A stretch of 64,000 bases of DNA from Eledone cirrhosa (GCA_964016885.1 OZ024750.1:51832001-51896000); one strand, 5' to 3'; numbered from the stretch's first letter, positions 31,056 through 46,486 are shown. A program made the numbers and translations. The notes: generated by a model not told the origin, from the sequence alone.

Positions 31056-31896
31056 TCGTGCGAAACCATTTTGTTGGTTTGAGAGCTGATGGAGGTGAAG
31101 ATATGTGTATGTGTGTGTGTGTTTAAACTTGTCTTGTACGTCACCTTCTTTATGTCCTTCTTTCAGACACTTCTCAGTGTCGGCGCACTTGTGCTTGTCC
31201 TCCTCCTCCTCCTCTTCCAATCTTTTCTATATTTCATCTGCCTGTCACCCACCTTATGGGTTGTCTCTCTGTTGACTACTGGCCTCTAGTTTCTGTCCTC
31301 TGAGGCATTATTGTCCGTCGTTGTCTTTGACAGCATTTAGCTGTTTTAACGACTGTTCTAGCGATGAGTTTTTCTTATTTTTATATGTATTCTGTCAAAT
31401 GAACTCTAGCTTCGTCTCGATCAGAGACGACATTTTAACTTTATCATAGCTATGATTATCATTCTATTTAGAACAGACACCACAGCTTGAGGCCCACTAT
31501 CCCATTATTTTCTTTGCTTTGTTTTCTTTTATCCTTCTATCTGTTGTGTTTGTTTTATCATACAACATCATACCAACAGAAAGAATTGTTTTATGTGGCA
31601 CGACCCAACTTTTTAAAATGGTACTCGCAGTCAAATCGTACGAAACCATTTCGCTGGTTTAAGAGCTGATGAGAGTGAAGACGTGTGTATGTGTGTGTGT
31701 GTAAACTTGTCTTGTACATCGCCTTTCTATATTTCCTCTGCCTGTCACCCACCTTGTGAATCGTCTCTCTGTTGACCACTGGCCGCTGGTCTCTGTTAGT
31801 CTGTCTGTCACCCACATTGTGGATTGTCTAACAGTTGAACTCTGGCCGCTGGTCTCTGTTAGTTGTCTCCTTGAACTATATACATATTTATATATT

Positions 31897-32520
31897 TTAA
31901 AAATACCTACATTTAAAGATGCCTACATTTAAAGATACCTACATTTAAAGATACCTACATTTAAAAATACCTACATTTAAAGATACCTACATTTAAAGAT
32001 AACTACATTTAAAGATACTTACATTGAAAGATACCTACATTTAAAGATGCCTACATTTAAAGATGCCTACATTTAAAGATGCCTACATTTAAAGATACCT
32101 ACATTTAAAGATGCCTACATTTAAAGATACCTACATTTAAAGATACCTACATTTAAAGATGCCTACATTTAAAGATACCTACATTTAAAGATACCTACAT
32201 TTAAAGATACCTACATTTAAAGATACCTACATGTAAAGATACCTAGATTTAAAGATACCTACATTTAAAGATACCTACATTTAAAGATACCTACATTTAA
32301 AGATACCTACATTTAAAGATACCTACATGTAAAGATACCTAGATTTAAAGATACCTACATTTAAAGATACCTACATTTAAAGATACTTACATTTAAAGAT
32401 ACCTACATGTAAAGATACCTAGATTTAAAGATACCTACATTTAAAGATACCTACATTTAAAGATACCTACATGTAAAGATACCTAGATTTAAAGATACCT
32501 ACATTTAAACATACCTACAT
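31897..32520. repeat. 17-bp minisatellite (TTTAAAGATACCTACAT-type), ~36 copies
   Basis: Seen directly in the sequence. Confidence 0.95.
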
Positions 32521-32936
32521 CATGTACAAACTTGGTCACTGGTCTTCACAGTCTTAGAACCAGAAACACTTCATGTATAAATATATATGTGTGTGTGTAT
32601 GTGTGTGTATGTTTGTATGTGTGTGTATGTCTGAGTGTGTGTTTGTGTCTGTGTCTGTCTGTATTTCTGTGTGTGTGTGTGTGTGTCTGTCAGCCTGTGT
32701 CTGTCCTATGCCTGTGTCTGTCTGTATGTCTGTGTATCTGTGTCTGTGTGTGTCTGTGTGTGTCTCTCCCTGCCTGTGCCTGTCTATGTCAGTGTGTCTG
32801 TGTTAAGCCAGCCAACGTTACCCACCACTCTTCTACTCTACAATATTCTATGAAAGCAGTGAACCTCAATGTTGACTAATACCGAGATGTTTCGATCGCT
32901 GAGTCCGAGCATTTCTATATGAACTATATAACACAT

Positions 32937-32967
<31 letters not shown>

Positions 32968-33029
32968 TACACACATACCCACATATATACACATACACAC
33001 GTACACACACACACACACACACATACACT

Positions 33030-33585
33030 TGGTGGTGGTGGGGGTGGGGTGGTAGTGGTGGTGATGATGGTAGTGGTAGTGGTAGTGGTGGTGGTGATGA
33101 TGGTAGTGGTAGTGGTGGTGGTGGTGGTGGTGGTGGTGGTGGTGGTGGTGGTGGTGGTGGTGGTGGTGGTGGTGGTGGTAGTGGTGGTGGTGGTGGTGGT
33201 GGTGGTGGTGGTAGTGGTGGCGGTGGTGGTGATGGTGGTGGTGGTGGTGATGGTGGTGGTAGTGGTGGTGGTGATGGTGGTGGTAGTGGTGGTGGTGGTG
33301 GTGGTGGTGGTGGTGGTGGTGGTGGTGGTGGTGATGGTGGTGGTGGTGATGGTGGTGGTAGTGGTGGTGGTGATGGTGGTGGTGGTGGTGGTGGTGGTGG
33401 TGGTGGTGGTGGTGGTGGTGGTGGTGGTGATGGTGGTGGTGGTGGTAGTGGTGGTGGTGGTGGTGGTGGTGGTGGTGGTGGTGGTAGTGGTGGCGGTGGT
33501 GGTGGTGGTGGTAGTGGTGGTGGTGGTGGTAGTGGTGGTGGCGGTGGTGGTGGTGGTGGTGGTGGTGGAGGTGGTGGTGGTGACG
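33030..33585. repeat. (GGT)n microsatellite
   Basis: Seen directly in the sequence. Confidence 0.95.
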
Positions 33586-33781
33586 AGGTGTAGGATTATG
33601 ATGACAATGGCTTATCACTCCGACATTATATAGTATTGTAGTAATGATTCCTAAGTAGGTTACACACATATATATACATATATATATATATATATACTGA
33701 CATACATATATATATATATACATACATACATGCATATATATATATATACATACATACATACATATATATATACATACATAG

Positions 33782-33858
<77 letters not shown>

Positions 33859-34486
33859 CATGCATATATATATATATATACATATATACATACATACATA
33901 TATATATATATATACATACATATATACATACATATATATATATATATATGGTGACTGCCAGCATCATTGGATACCATCAGGGTTGCAGGTGTTATATCAG
34001 AGTTTTGCTTCTCCTAGAATTCTGCCTTGACAAAGGCTAAGGGGTCATCTCTCCCAGTGATTTTGGATGGCCATTGACTCTTAAGAGCTCCTTTGCCCCT
34101 TGACAGGTTTTGTTTTTAGTCCTGCAGGATGTCCAAAGTCACCCTCCTCACCGAGAAACCTTGGTGGGGTTGCCAGTTTAGTCGCCAACGACCCGGCCAT
34201 GTGACAGGTTGTACTGCGATACATGTTACCAGTAGCACCAACTGGTGACCTGACATATATATACATACATACATATATATATATATATATTTACATACAT
34301 ACATTTATACATACATACATATATATACATACATACATACATGCACATATACACACTCATACACACACATACACACACACATATACATACATGCACACAC
34401 ATATATCCATACATATATACATACATACATATATACATACACACACATACACACACATATACTTACATGCATACATACATAAATAA

Positions 34487-34517
<31 letters not shown>

Positions 34518-34992
34518 CACACACGCACACATATATAAATATACACACACACACATATATATATACACACACAGACACCTATATACATATACACACACAT
34601 ATATATATACACACACACATATATATATATACACATATATATATATATATATGCACACACACATATATATATATATATACACACACATATATATATACAC
34701 ATACATACATATATATACACACACATATATATATATATATATATACACACACATATATATACACACACATATATATACACATACATACATATATATACAC
34801 ACACATATATATATACACACACACATATATATACACACACACACACATATATATATGTACACACATATATATATATATATATATACACACACATATATAC
34901 ACAAACTCACACATATACACACACACACATATATACACACACACACATATATATACACACACATATATATATACACACACACATATATATGT

Positions 34993-35047
<55 letters not shown>

Positions 35048-35900
35048 TATATATACACATACACACACATATACACGCACACACATATATACACACACAC
35101 ACATATATATATACACACATACATGACGTAACCCGTCCTGACATGCTTTTATATTGATTAGTTGTACATAGAGTTAGTGTTCTGGTTTATGGTGTTTCAT
35201 AGAGAGGTAGAGAGGTAGAGAGGTTGGTGAGAGGTAGAGAGGTAGAGAGGTAGAGAGGTTGGTGAGAGGTAGAGTGAGAGAGGTAGAGAGGTAGAGAGTG
35301 AGAGAGTGAGAGGTAGAGAGGTAGAGAGTGAGAGGTAGAGAGGTAGAGTGAGAGGTAGAGATAGAGTGAGAGAGATAGAGAGGTAGAGAGTGAGAGAGTG
35401 AGAGGTAGAGAAAGAGGTAGAGTGAGAGAGGTAGAGAGGTAGAGAGGTAGAGTGATAGGTAGAGAAAGAGGTAGAGTGAGAGAGGTAGAGAGGTAGAGAG
35501 TGAGAGAGTGAGAGGTAGAGAGGTAGAGTGATAGGTAGAGAATGAGGTAGAGAGTGATATATATATATATATATATATATAGGAACGAGTAGGACCCCGA
35601 CTGGGTCCAGAAATAGCCGTCGAAACGGCTTGAGCTCAGCCGTCGGGGTCCTACTCGTTCCTATTACCCACTCTACTACCCTAAGTATTGATTACTTTGG
35701 TGCGTTATGGTCCACCTGGTTCCTTACCACATTTCCTTCATTATATATATATATATATATATATAGTGGGTGAGAGAGAGATATATATAGTGAGAGAGAG
35801 AGATATATATAGTGAGAGGGTGAGAGAGAGAGTGAGATATATAGTGAGTGGGTGAAAGAGAGATAGAGAGATATATAGTGAGTGGGTGAGAGATAGATAG

Positions 35901-35950
<50 letters not shown>

Positions 35951-36410
35951 TGAGAGAGAGATGACAAAGAAAATGATGTGGGAGGAGAAGATTAAGAATA
36001 GATTAACATTTCAGCTGTTTAGGTTTTAGATGAATAACTTTAGGTTTTAGTCTGATTATTTACATTGAGCCGGGTACAAGGCTGGGATCACTCTGACATA
36101 ATATTAAATATATTACTGTAGTCGTTCTGACAGCACAGGGGAAGGCTTTCTTAAAATTGGGAGGGAGTTTGACCAGGTTACAAAACTGGGACCATTTTGA
36201 CATAACGTTAGCTATATCATCTGTTCTCAATGGCGGTGGATTGATAAGATCGTAAGAGTGTCGGACAAAATAATTGTTATCAATAAAAAATAACTATTTG
36301 AACCGTCTCCTTCCGTTCAGAGTCCAAAGATCGCCGAGGTTACCTTTGTCTTTCATCTTTTCAAATTGCTGGCCTTGTGTCAAAAGAAGAAACCATTATT
36401 ATATTTGTTC

Positions 36411-36594
36411 TGGTGGATTGGCAGTATTGGTAGAGGGTCTGACGCCATGCTTTGCAGCAAAGAGTTACGGCCCTTTATGGTCTGAGTTCACATCCCGCCG
36501 AGGTTAACTTTGCCTTTCATCCTTACGGGGTCGATAAAATAAAGTACCAGTAATAGACTGGGGTAATTGCTGTGCCAAAAGTAGAAACAATTAT
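36411..36594 (+). mobile_element. tRNA-derived SINE, copy 5 (a degenerate partial copy precedes it at ~36310-36400)
   Basis: Same family. Confidence 0.85.
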
Positions 36595-36689
36595 TACATT
36601 TGTTCTGTTTGAGAGCACAAATGAAGACTTTTTTATAATTGGGAGAAAGTGTGAGGTAGTTACCAACACACCTTACATATTAAGTGACA

Positions 36690-36960
36690 AGATCGAATGC
36701 TGAAGTGCTCCATCGTGTGCAATATATTAAAGCTATTGTAGCAAAATCTCAACTGCATTGAGCTGGAAACAACATATACATGTCAGCCTTGTACACATAT
36801 CAAAGAAGATCTCGTACTCAGAAGTTTAGCACGGCAAGAGAGAGACTTCTGGGGTCAACAGAAGAGATGATGTTTGTGCAATACATTGAGCACATGTGAA
36901 ATACAGATTGGAAAACCCGTAGAAAAGACAGGAAAACCTGGCGATGATCCACCAATAAGG
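36690..36960 (+). mobile_element. Highly degenerate RTE LINE ORF 3' remnant
   Basis: Residual motifs KSQLH*AG (QLRWAGH), KKISYSEV*HGKR (KxLLYSELxxGKR) and DRKTWR. Confidence 0.55.
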
Positions 36961-39900
36961 AACTGTGAGACGACGTTGATCTCGACATCACGAGAATATC
37001 ACTTCAATGGCAGCGACAACCTACAGATGAGACATCAGTGATGACACAAGAACTGAGAGACGACGTTGATCTCGACATCACGATAATATCACTTCAATGG
37101 CAGCGACAACCTACAGATGAGACATCAGTGATGACACAAGAACTGAGAGACGACGTTGATCTCGACATCACCAGAATATCACTTCAATGGCAGCGACAAC
37201 CTACAGATGAGACATCAGTGATGACACAAGAACTGAGAGACGACGTTGATCTCGACATCACCAGAATATCACTTCAATGGCAGCGACAACCTACAGATGA
37301 GACATCAGTGATGACACAAGAACTGAGAGACGACGTTGATCTCGACATCACGATAATATCACTTCAATGGCAGCGACAACCTACAGATGAGACATCAGTG
37401 ATGACACAAGAACTGAGAGACGACGTTGATCTCGACATCACCAGAATATCACTTCAATGGCAGCGACAACCTACAGATGAGACATCAGTGATGACACAAG
37501 AACTGAGAGACGACGTTGATCTCGACATCACCAGAATATCACTTCAATGGCAGCGACAACCTACAGATGAGACATCAGTGATGACACAAGAACTGAGAGA
37601 CGACGTTGATCTCGACATCACCAGAATATCACTTCAATGGCAGCGACAACCTACAGATGAGACATCAGTGATGACACAAGAACTGAGAGACGACGTTGAT
37701 CTCGACATCACCAGAATATCACTTCAATGGCAGCGACAACCTACAGATGAGACATCAGTGATGACACAAGAACTGAGAGACGACGTTGATCTCGACATCA
37801 CCAGAATATCACTTCAATGGCAGCGACAACCTACAGATGAGACATCAGTGATGACACAAGAACTGAGAGACGACGTTGATCTCGACATCACGATAATATC
37901 ACTTCAATGGCAGCGACAACCTACAGATGAGACATCAGTGATGACACAAGAACTGAGAGACGACGTTGATCTCGACATCACCAGAATATCACTTCAATGG
38001 CAGCGACAACCTACAGATGAGACATCAGTGATGACACAAGAACTGAGAGACGACGTTGATCTCGACATCACCAGAATATCACTTCAATGGCAGCGACAAC
38101 CTACAGATGAGACATCAGTGATGACACAAGAACTGAGAGACGACGTTGATCTCGACATCACCAGAATATCACTTCAATGGCAGCGACAACCTACAGATGA
38201 GACATCAGTGATGACACAAGAACTGAGAGACGACGTTGATCTCGACATCACCAGAATATCACTTCAATGGCAGCGACAACCTACAGATGAGACATCAGTG
38301 ATGACACAAGAACTGAGAGACGACGTTGATCTCGACATCACCAGAATATCACTTCAATGGCAGCGACAACCTACAGATGAGACATCAGTGATGACACAAG
38401 AACTGAGAGACGACGTTGATCTCGACATCACCAGAATATCACTTCAATGGCAGCGACAACCTACAGATGAGACATCAGTGATGACACAAGAACTGAGAGA
38501 CGACGTTGATCTCGACATCACCAGAATATCACTTCAATGGCAGCGACAACCTACAGATGAGACATCAGTGATGACACAAGAACTGAGAGACGACGTTGAT
38601 CTCGACATCACCAGAATATCACTTCAATGGCAGCGACAACCTACAGATGAGACATCAGTGATGACACAAGAACTGAGAGACGACGTTGATCTCGACATCA
38701 CCAGAATATCACTTCAATGGCAGCGACAACCTACAGATGAGACATCAGTGATGACACAAGAACTGAGAGACGACGTTGATCTCGACATCACCAGAATATC
38801 ACTTCAATGGCAGCGACAACCTACAGATGAGACATCAGTGATGACACAAGAACTGAGAGACGACGTTCATCTCGACATCACCAGAATATCACTTCAATGG
38901 CAGCGACAACCTACAGATGAGACATCAGTGATGACACAAGAACTGAGAGACGACGTTGATCTCGACATCACCAGAATATCACTTCAATGGCAGCGACAAC
39001 CTACAGATGAGACATCAGTGATGACACAAGAACTGAGAGACGACGTTGATCTCGACATCACGAGAATATCACTTCAATGGCAGCGACAACCTACAGATGA
39101 GACATCAGTGATGACACAATAACTGAGAGACGACGTTGATCTCGACATCACGATAATATCACTTCAATGGCAGCGACAACCTACAGATGAGACATCAGTG
39201 ATGACACAAGAACTGAGAGACGACGTTGATCTCGACATCACCAGAATATCACTTCAATGGCAGCGACAACCTACAGATGAGACATCAGTGATGACACAAG
39301 AACTGAGAGACGACGTTGATCTCGACATCACCAGAATATCACTTCAATGGCAGCGACAACCTACAGATGAGACATCAGTGATGACACAAGAACTGAGAGA
39401 CGACGTTGATCTCGACATCACGAGAATATCACTTCAATGGCAGCGACAACCTACAGATGAGACATCAGTGATGACACAAGAACTGAGAGACGACGTTGAT
39501 CTCGACATCACGAGAATATCACTTCAATGGCAGCGACAACCTACAGATGAGACATCAGTGATGACACAAGAACTGAGAGACGACGTTCATCTCGACATCA
39601 CCAGAATATCACTTCAATGGCAGCGACAACCTACAGATGAGACATCAGTGATGACACAAGAACTGAGAGACGACGTTCATCTCGACATCACCAGAATATC
39701 ACTTCAATGGCAGCGACAACCTACAGATGAGACATCAGTGATGACACAAGAACTGAGAGACGACGTTGATCTCGACATCACCAGAATATCACTTCAATGG
39801 CAGCGACAACCTACAGATGAGACATCAGTGATGACACAAGAACTGAGAGACGACGTTGATCTCGACATCACCAGAATATCACTTCAATGGCAGCGACAAC

Positions 39901-42900
39901 CTACAGATGAGACATCAGTGATGACACAAGAACTGAGAGACGACGTTGATCTCGACATCACGATAATATCACTTCAATGGCAGCGACAACCTACAGATGA
40001 GACATCAGTGATGACACAAGAACTGAGAGACGACGTTGATCTCGACATCACCAGAATATCACTTCAATGGCAGCGACAACCTACAGATGAGACATCAGTG
40101 ATGACACAAGAACTGAGAGACGACGTTCATCTCGACATCACCAGAATATCACTTCAATGGCAGCGACAACCTACAGATGAGACATCAGTGATGACACAAG
40201 AACTGAGAGACGACGTTGATCTCGACATCACGATAATATCACTTCAATGGCAGCGACAACCTACAGATGAGACATCAGTGATGACACAAGAACTGAGAGA
40301 CGACGTTGATCTCGACATCACCAGAATATCACTTCAATGGCAGCGACAACCTACAGATGAGACATCAGTGATGACACAAGAACTGAGAGACGACGTTGAT
40401 CTCGACATCACGATAATATCACTTCAATGGCAGCGACAACCTACAGATGAGACATCAGTGATGACACAAGAACTGAGAGACGACGTTGATCTCGACATCA
40501 CCAGAATATCACTTCAATGGCAGCGACAACCTACAGATGAGACATCAGTGATGACACAAGAACTGAGAGACGACGTTGATCTCGACATCACCAGAATATC
40601 ACTTCAATGGCAGCGACAACCTACAGATGAGACATCAGTGATGACACAAGAACTGAGAGACGACGTTGATCTCGACATCACCAGAATATCACTTCAATGG
40701 CAGCGACAACCTACAGATGAGACATCAGTGATGACACAAGAACTGAGAGACGACGTTGATCTCGACATCACGATAATATCACTTCAATGGCAGCGACAAC
40801 CTACAGATGAGACATCAGTGATGACACAAGAACTGAGAGACGACGTTGATCTCGACATCACCAGAATATCACTTCAATGGCAGCGACAACCTACAGATGA
40901 GACATCAGTGATGACACAAGAACTGAGAGACGACGTTGATCTCGACATCACGATAATATCACTTCAATGGCAGCGACAACCTACAGATGAGACATCAGTG
41001 ATGACACAAGAACTGAGAGACGACGTTGATCTCGACATCACCAGAATATCACTTCAATGGCAGCGACAACCTACAGATGAGACATCAGTGATGACACAAG
41101 AACTGAGAGACGACGTTCATCTCGACATCACCAGAATATCACTTCAATGGCAGCGACAACCTACAGATGAGACATCAGTGATGACACAAGAACTGAGAGA
41201 CGACGTTGATCTCGACATCACCAGAATATCACTTCAATGGCAGCGACAACCTACAGATGAGACATCAGTGATGACACAAGAACTGAGAGACGACGTTGAT
41301 CTCGACATCACGAGAATATCACTTCAATGGCAGCGACAACCTACAGATGAGACATCAGTGATGACACAAGAACTGAGAGACGACGTTCATCTCGACATCA
41401 CCAGAATATCACTTCAATGGCAGCGACAACCTACAGATGAGACATCAGTGATGACACAAGAACTGAGAGACGACGTTGATCTCGACATCACCAGAATATC
41501 ACTTCAATGGCAGCGACAACCTACAGATGAGACATCAGTGATGACACAAGAACTGAGAGACGACGTTGATCTCGACATCACGAGAATATCACTTCAATGG
41601 CAGCGACAACCTACAGATGAGACATCAGTGATGACACAAGAACTGAGAGACGACGTTGATCTCGACATCACCAGAATATCACTTCAATGGCAGCGACAAC
41701 CTACAGATGAGACATCAGTGATGACACAAGAACTGAGAGACGACGTTCATCTCGACATCACCAGAATATCACTTCAATGGCAGCGACAACCTACAGATGA
41801 GACATCAGTGATGACACAAGAACTGAGAGACGACGTTCATCTCGACATCACCAGAATATCACTTCAATGGCAGCGACAACCTACAGATGAGACATCAGTG
41901 ATGACACAAGAACTGAGAGACGACGTTGATCTCGACATCACGATAATATCACTTCAATGGCAGCGACAACCTACAGATGAGACATCAGTGATGACACAAG
42001 AACTGAGAGACGACGTTGATCTCGACATCACCAGAATATCACTTCAATGGCAGCGACAACCTACAGATGAGACATCAGTGATGACACAAGAACTGAGAGA
42101 CGACGTTGATCTCGACATCACCAGAATATCACTTCAATGGCAGCGACAACCTACAGATGAGACATCAGTGATGACACAAGAACTGAGAGACGACGTTGAT
42201 CTCGACATCACCAGAATATCACTTCAATGGCAGCGACAACCTACAGATGAGACATCAGTGATGACACAAGAACTGAGAGACGACGTTGATCTCGACATCA
42301 CGATAATATCACTTCAATGGCAGCGACAACCTACAGATGAGACATCAGTGATGACACAAGAACTGAGAGACGACGTTGATCTCGACATCACCAGAATATC
42401 ACTTCAATGGCAGCGACAACCTACAGATGAGACATCAGTGATGACACAAGAACTGAGAGACGACGTTGATCTCGACATCACGATAATATCACTTCAATGG
42501 CAGCGACAACCTACAGATGAGACATCAGTGATGACACAAGAACTGAGAGACGACGTTGATCTCGACATCACCAGAATATCACTTCAATGGCAGCGACAAC
42601 CTACAGATGAGACATCAGTGATGACACAAGAACTGAGAGACGACGTTCATCTCGACATCACCAGAATATCACTTCAATGGCAGCGACAACCTACAGATGA
42701 GACATCAGTGATGACACAAGAACTGAGAGACGACGTTGATCTCGACATCACCAGAATATCACTTCAATGGCAGCGACAACCTACAGATGAGACATCAGTG
42801 ATGACACAAGAACTGAGAGACGACGTTGATCTCGACATCACGAGAATATCACTTCAATGGCAGCGACAACCTACAGATGAGACATCAGTGATGACACAAG

Positions 42901-43477
42901 AACTGAGAGACGACGTTCATCTCGACATCACCAGAATATCACTTCAATGGCAGCGACAACCTACAGATGAGACATCAGTGATGACACAAGAACTGAGAGA
43001 CGACGTTGATCTCGACATCACCAGAATATCACTTCAATGGCAGCGACAACCTACAGATGAGACATCAGTGATGACACAAGAACTGAGAGACGACGTTGAT
43101 CTCGACATCACGAGAATATCACTTCAATGGCAGCGACAACCTACAGATGAGACATCAGTGATGACACAAGAACTGAGAGACGACGTTGATCTCGACATCA
43201 CCAGAATATCACTTCAATGGCAGCGACAACCTACAGATGAGACATCAGTGATGACACAAGAACTGAGAGACGACGTTCATCTCGACATCACCAGAATATC
43301 ACTTCAATGGCAGCGACAACCTACAGATGAGACATCAGTGATGACACAAGAACTGAGAGACGACGTTGATCTCGACATCACCAGAATATCACTTCAATGG
43401 CAGCGACAACCTACAGATGAGACATCAGTGATGACACAAGAACTGAGAGACGACGTTCATCTCGACATCACCAGAAT
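36961..43477. repeat. 90-bp tandem satellite, 72 full units plus a partial unit
   Basis: Unit AACTGAGAGACGACGTTGATCTCGACATCACCAGAATATCACTTCAATGGCAGCGACAACCTACAGATGAGACATCAGTGATGACACAAG; only three recurrently variable positions. Confidence 0.98.
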
Positions 43478-43882
43478 GGTGGTTGTTATTGTTGTCGTTA
43501 TGGTTGTTGTTATCGTTATTGCTATTGTTGTTGTTATTGTTGCCGTTATGGTTGTTGTTATTGTTGTTGTTATTGTTGTTGTTGTTGTCGTTGTGGTTGT
43601 TGTTATCGTTGTTGCTATTGTTGTTGTTATTGTTACCGTTATGGTTGTTGTTGTTGTTGCTGTTGTTATTTAGCCCCAACTCAAACAATGCTATTAAAAT
43701 CGCCGTCATCCTGCCTTTGTTTAAGGATTAGTCTCTCGACGGCTTTCGTTACTAAATAGAAATATTATTCTAGTGCATCTGCACTATAGTGGTTTTTCAA
43801 AGACCAACCATATCTTTATATATATATATATACATACACACACACACATACATGCACGCACACACACACACACACACACTCT

Positions 43883-43913
<31 letters not shown>

Positions 43914-43919
43914 ACACAC

Positions 43920-43962
<43 letters not shown>

Positions 43963-44146
43963 CATAGAAATAAATATATATATATATATATATATTTCTA
44001 TGCTTAGTTGTCACCGATCTGTCTAACTCGGCTAACCGCTAGAATATCAAAAGAAAACTGCATCTCCTAATCATCGCACCCCCACTCTCAAGCGTGAACC
44101 TAATACATTTCGTAACTATACTCCTGTGCTGTTGTTATTTACTTTC

Positions 44147-44186
<40 letters not shown>

Positions 44187-44191
<5 letters not shown>

Positions 44192-44570
44192 CATGTATAC
44201 GTACATACATATATCTATACAGACGTACAGTAGTATGTATATACATACATGCACACATATATATATGTACGTATGGATTCACCGAACATTTATTATAATG
44301 CTGGGTGTGTTTGTAAACAAACATCCCGAATTAAGCCGTACAGTGTCTAGCAATCATCGTTGCTCATTTGTTCAACACTGACAAAGGAACGCTGTACTAG
44401 TTTCAAGCTTATTAGCTATCGTCAGCAACGTATACCTTCCTGCCAGATGGTTGAACGTCTGAAAGTATATACTTTCCTTATGCATATTAACGGCTGAGCA
44501 GCCTAATTTGCATATCGAGTGAGTTAATCGGCCGGGGGTACCGAAAACGATAAACGGAAAAAATGAAACG

Positions 44571-44573
<3 letters not shown>
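44187..44573 (-). mobile_element. Retrozyme-like repeat, copy 3 (HHR at 44389-44431, minus)
   Basis: Homologous to 11850-12230; flanked on both sides by (TA)n. Confidence 0.75.
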
Positions 44574-44642
<69 letters not shown>

Positions 44643-44743
44643 AGTAAAGAAACGGAGTAAAGGACCCGCGTATAACCCTGTAATTTAATGAACTCAAAGG
44701 AAAAGGTTTTTCTGGGCACTACAAAATACAATATAGAGAGGAA

Positions 44744-45312
44744 AAACACAGGAGAGTGTGTTTTAATTTACAGGGGGTATAAGACCACTTAGGGTGAAGT
44801 ACATATAAGCTACGTGAGGTGTTGGAAATACATTATAATTAAAAGGATAAATTAAAATGAAATAACCCACCTTTATAACTAAATCACACATGTACACACT
44901 CAGATATTAGCTCCATGTGTTTCTGCTTGTCGAGCACTATAAATTGAATGGTTATAAGCTGCCATTTCTAGCGACTTCTTGTTCTATCCATACCACTAGT
45001 CACTGCCTCACGCAAGCATTCTCTTTTCATTTACACGTGCTACAGGTCAGTTATTTTAGGTCTCCTTAGTAGTGAGGGCCATATCGACTGAACACATGAT
45101 GACTGATAAGGCTGAATTGGTCCCTTCACTAAATTATGGTGAAACATTCTCCTAGTGAGTCTGTACATGTGTGATTTAGTTATAAAGGTGGGTTATTTCA
45201 TTTTAATTTATCCTTTTAATTATAATGTATTTCTCAAATCTCTCGTAGCTTATATGTTCTTCACCCTAGTGTATTATACCCCCTGTAAATGAAAATACAC
45301 TCTCCTGTGTTT
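44744..45312. repeat. Fold-back element (~150-bp imperfect arms)
   Basis: 44744-44896 is the reverse complement of 45162-45312. Confidence 0.85.
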
Positions 45313-45314
45313 TC

Positions 45315-45366
<52 letters not shown>

Positions 45367-45545
45367 ATGAATTGAAATGGATGCCATAAAAAGCAGTTAG
45401 ACCATTACTCACCAGAGTACTCGATACTTGGGGTAGTAGAGTGGGTAACGTGAAAAATTCGGGACCACGACGGCTGAGCTCCTACCGTCTCAACAGCTAG
45501 ATCCGAACTGATGAAACGGCAGGAGCTCAGCTGTCGGGGTACCAA

Positions 45546-45644
<99 letters not shown>

Positions 45645-45724
45645 ATAATAAATTTGAAGACTAAAATCCAAAGAGGGCTCGATAAGGATAAATATATATC
45701 AAATATATAAGAACCGTAGAGCAA

Positions 45725-46116
45725 ATATTTATTAAAATAACAGATTAAAGTTTAAGCAAAGAATCGCTGCTTTCACCCTTAACGGAATCTTCTGAAACTA
45801 ACAAAGTCAATCTGTAAACGCGGAACTGGATATTTCAAAAAACGTTGCAACCGGAGGAAGACAGGAAGACGATACTTTGGTTCGTGGAAACGTTCGCTGG
45901 CAAAGAACGGGAAAAAACGAATATAATACGTCATTAATAGGAGCGGTGAAAAACAATTACACGCAAAGACAGAACCACGTTTATGGTATAAAAGAGGTCG
46001 TAGACTAATTATCCAGTTCGGCGTTTACAGATTGACTTTGTTAGTTTCAGAAGATCCCGTTAAGGGTGAAAGCAGCGATTCTTTGCTTAAACTTTAATCT
46101 GTTATTTTAATAAATA
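45725..46116. repeat. Fold-back element (~105-bp arms) with an HHR-like motif
   Basis: 45725-45832 is the reverse complement of 46010-46116; the right arm reads GTTT CAGAAGA tccc..gggt GAAA GCA..TGC TT AAAC. Confidence 0.8.
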
Positions 46117-46193
46117 TATATATATATATATATATATAAAGTGTTTGAAAGGTAAAGGAAAAGAGAGTTCTCTATGTAGGCTACAGAGCTTTT

Positions 46194-46387
46194 TAGTTAT
46201 GTAATAAACAACGTAAGATAACTATTTCATTTACCAAAGGTTTCACGAAGACAGACGAGCCTGACACAGAATTCTGACTTCGTCAGAATTCTGACGACCG
46301 AAGTCAGACGTCTGTGTCAGGCTAGTCTGTCTTCGTGAAACCTTTGGTAAATGAAATAAGTATCTGATGTTGTTTATTACATAACTA
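46194..46387. repeat. Fold-back element (~75-bp arms)
   Basis: 46194-46270 is the reverse complement of 46311-46387, with nested CTGAC..GTCAG hairpins in the spacer. Confidence 0.8.
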
Positions 46388-46390
46388 TAT

Positions 46391-46486
<96 letters not shown>

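Noticed and set aside
32866-33933. Poly-His or poly-Gly protein (e.g. cephalopod beak His-rich protein)
   Set aside because: A (GGT)n microsatellite flanked by (CA)/(TA) repeats; no signal peptide or non-repetitive coding context.
33949-34252. Possible RTE 5' UTR fragment or structured RNA between TA tracts
   Set aside because: It looks repeat-like, but there is no second copy, ORF motif or ribozyme fold I could verify.
36961-43477. CRISPR array, or a genuine 694-aa/1491-aa protein gene
   Set aside because: There are no unique spacers and the context is eukaryotic. The ORFs are pure translations of a 90-bp unit with an internal stop and no visible gene structure.
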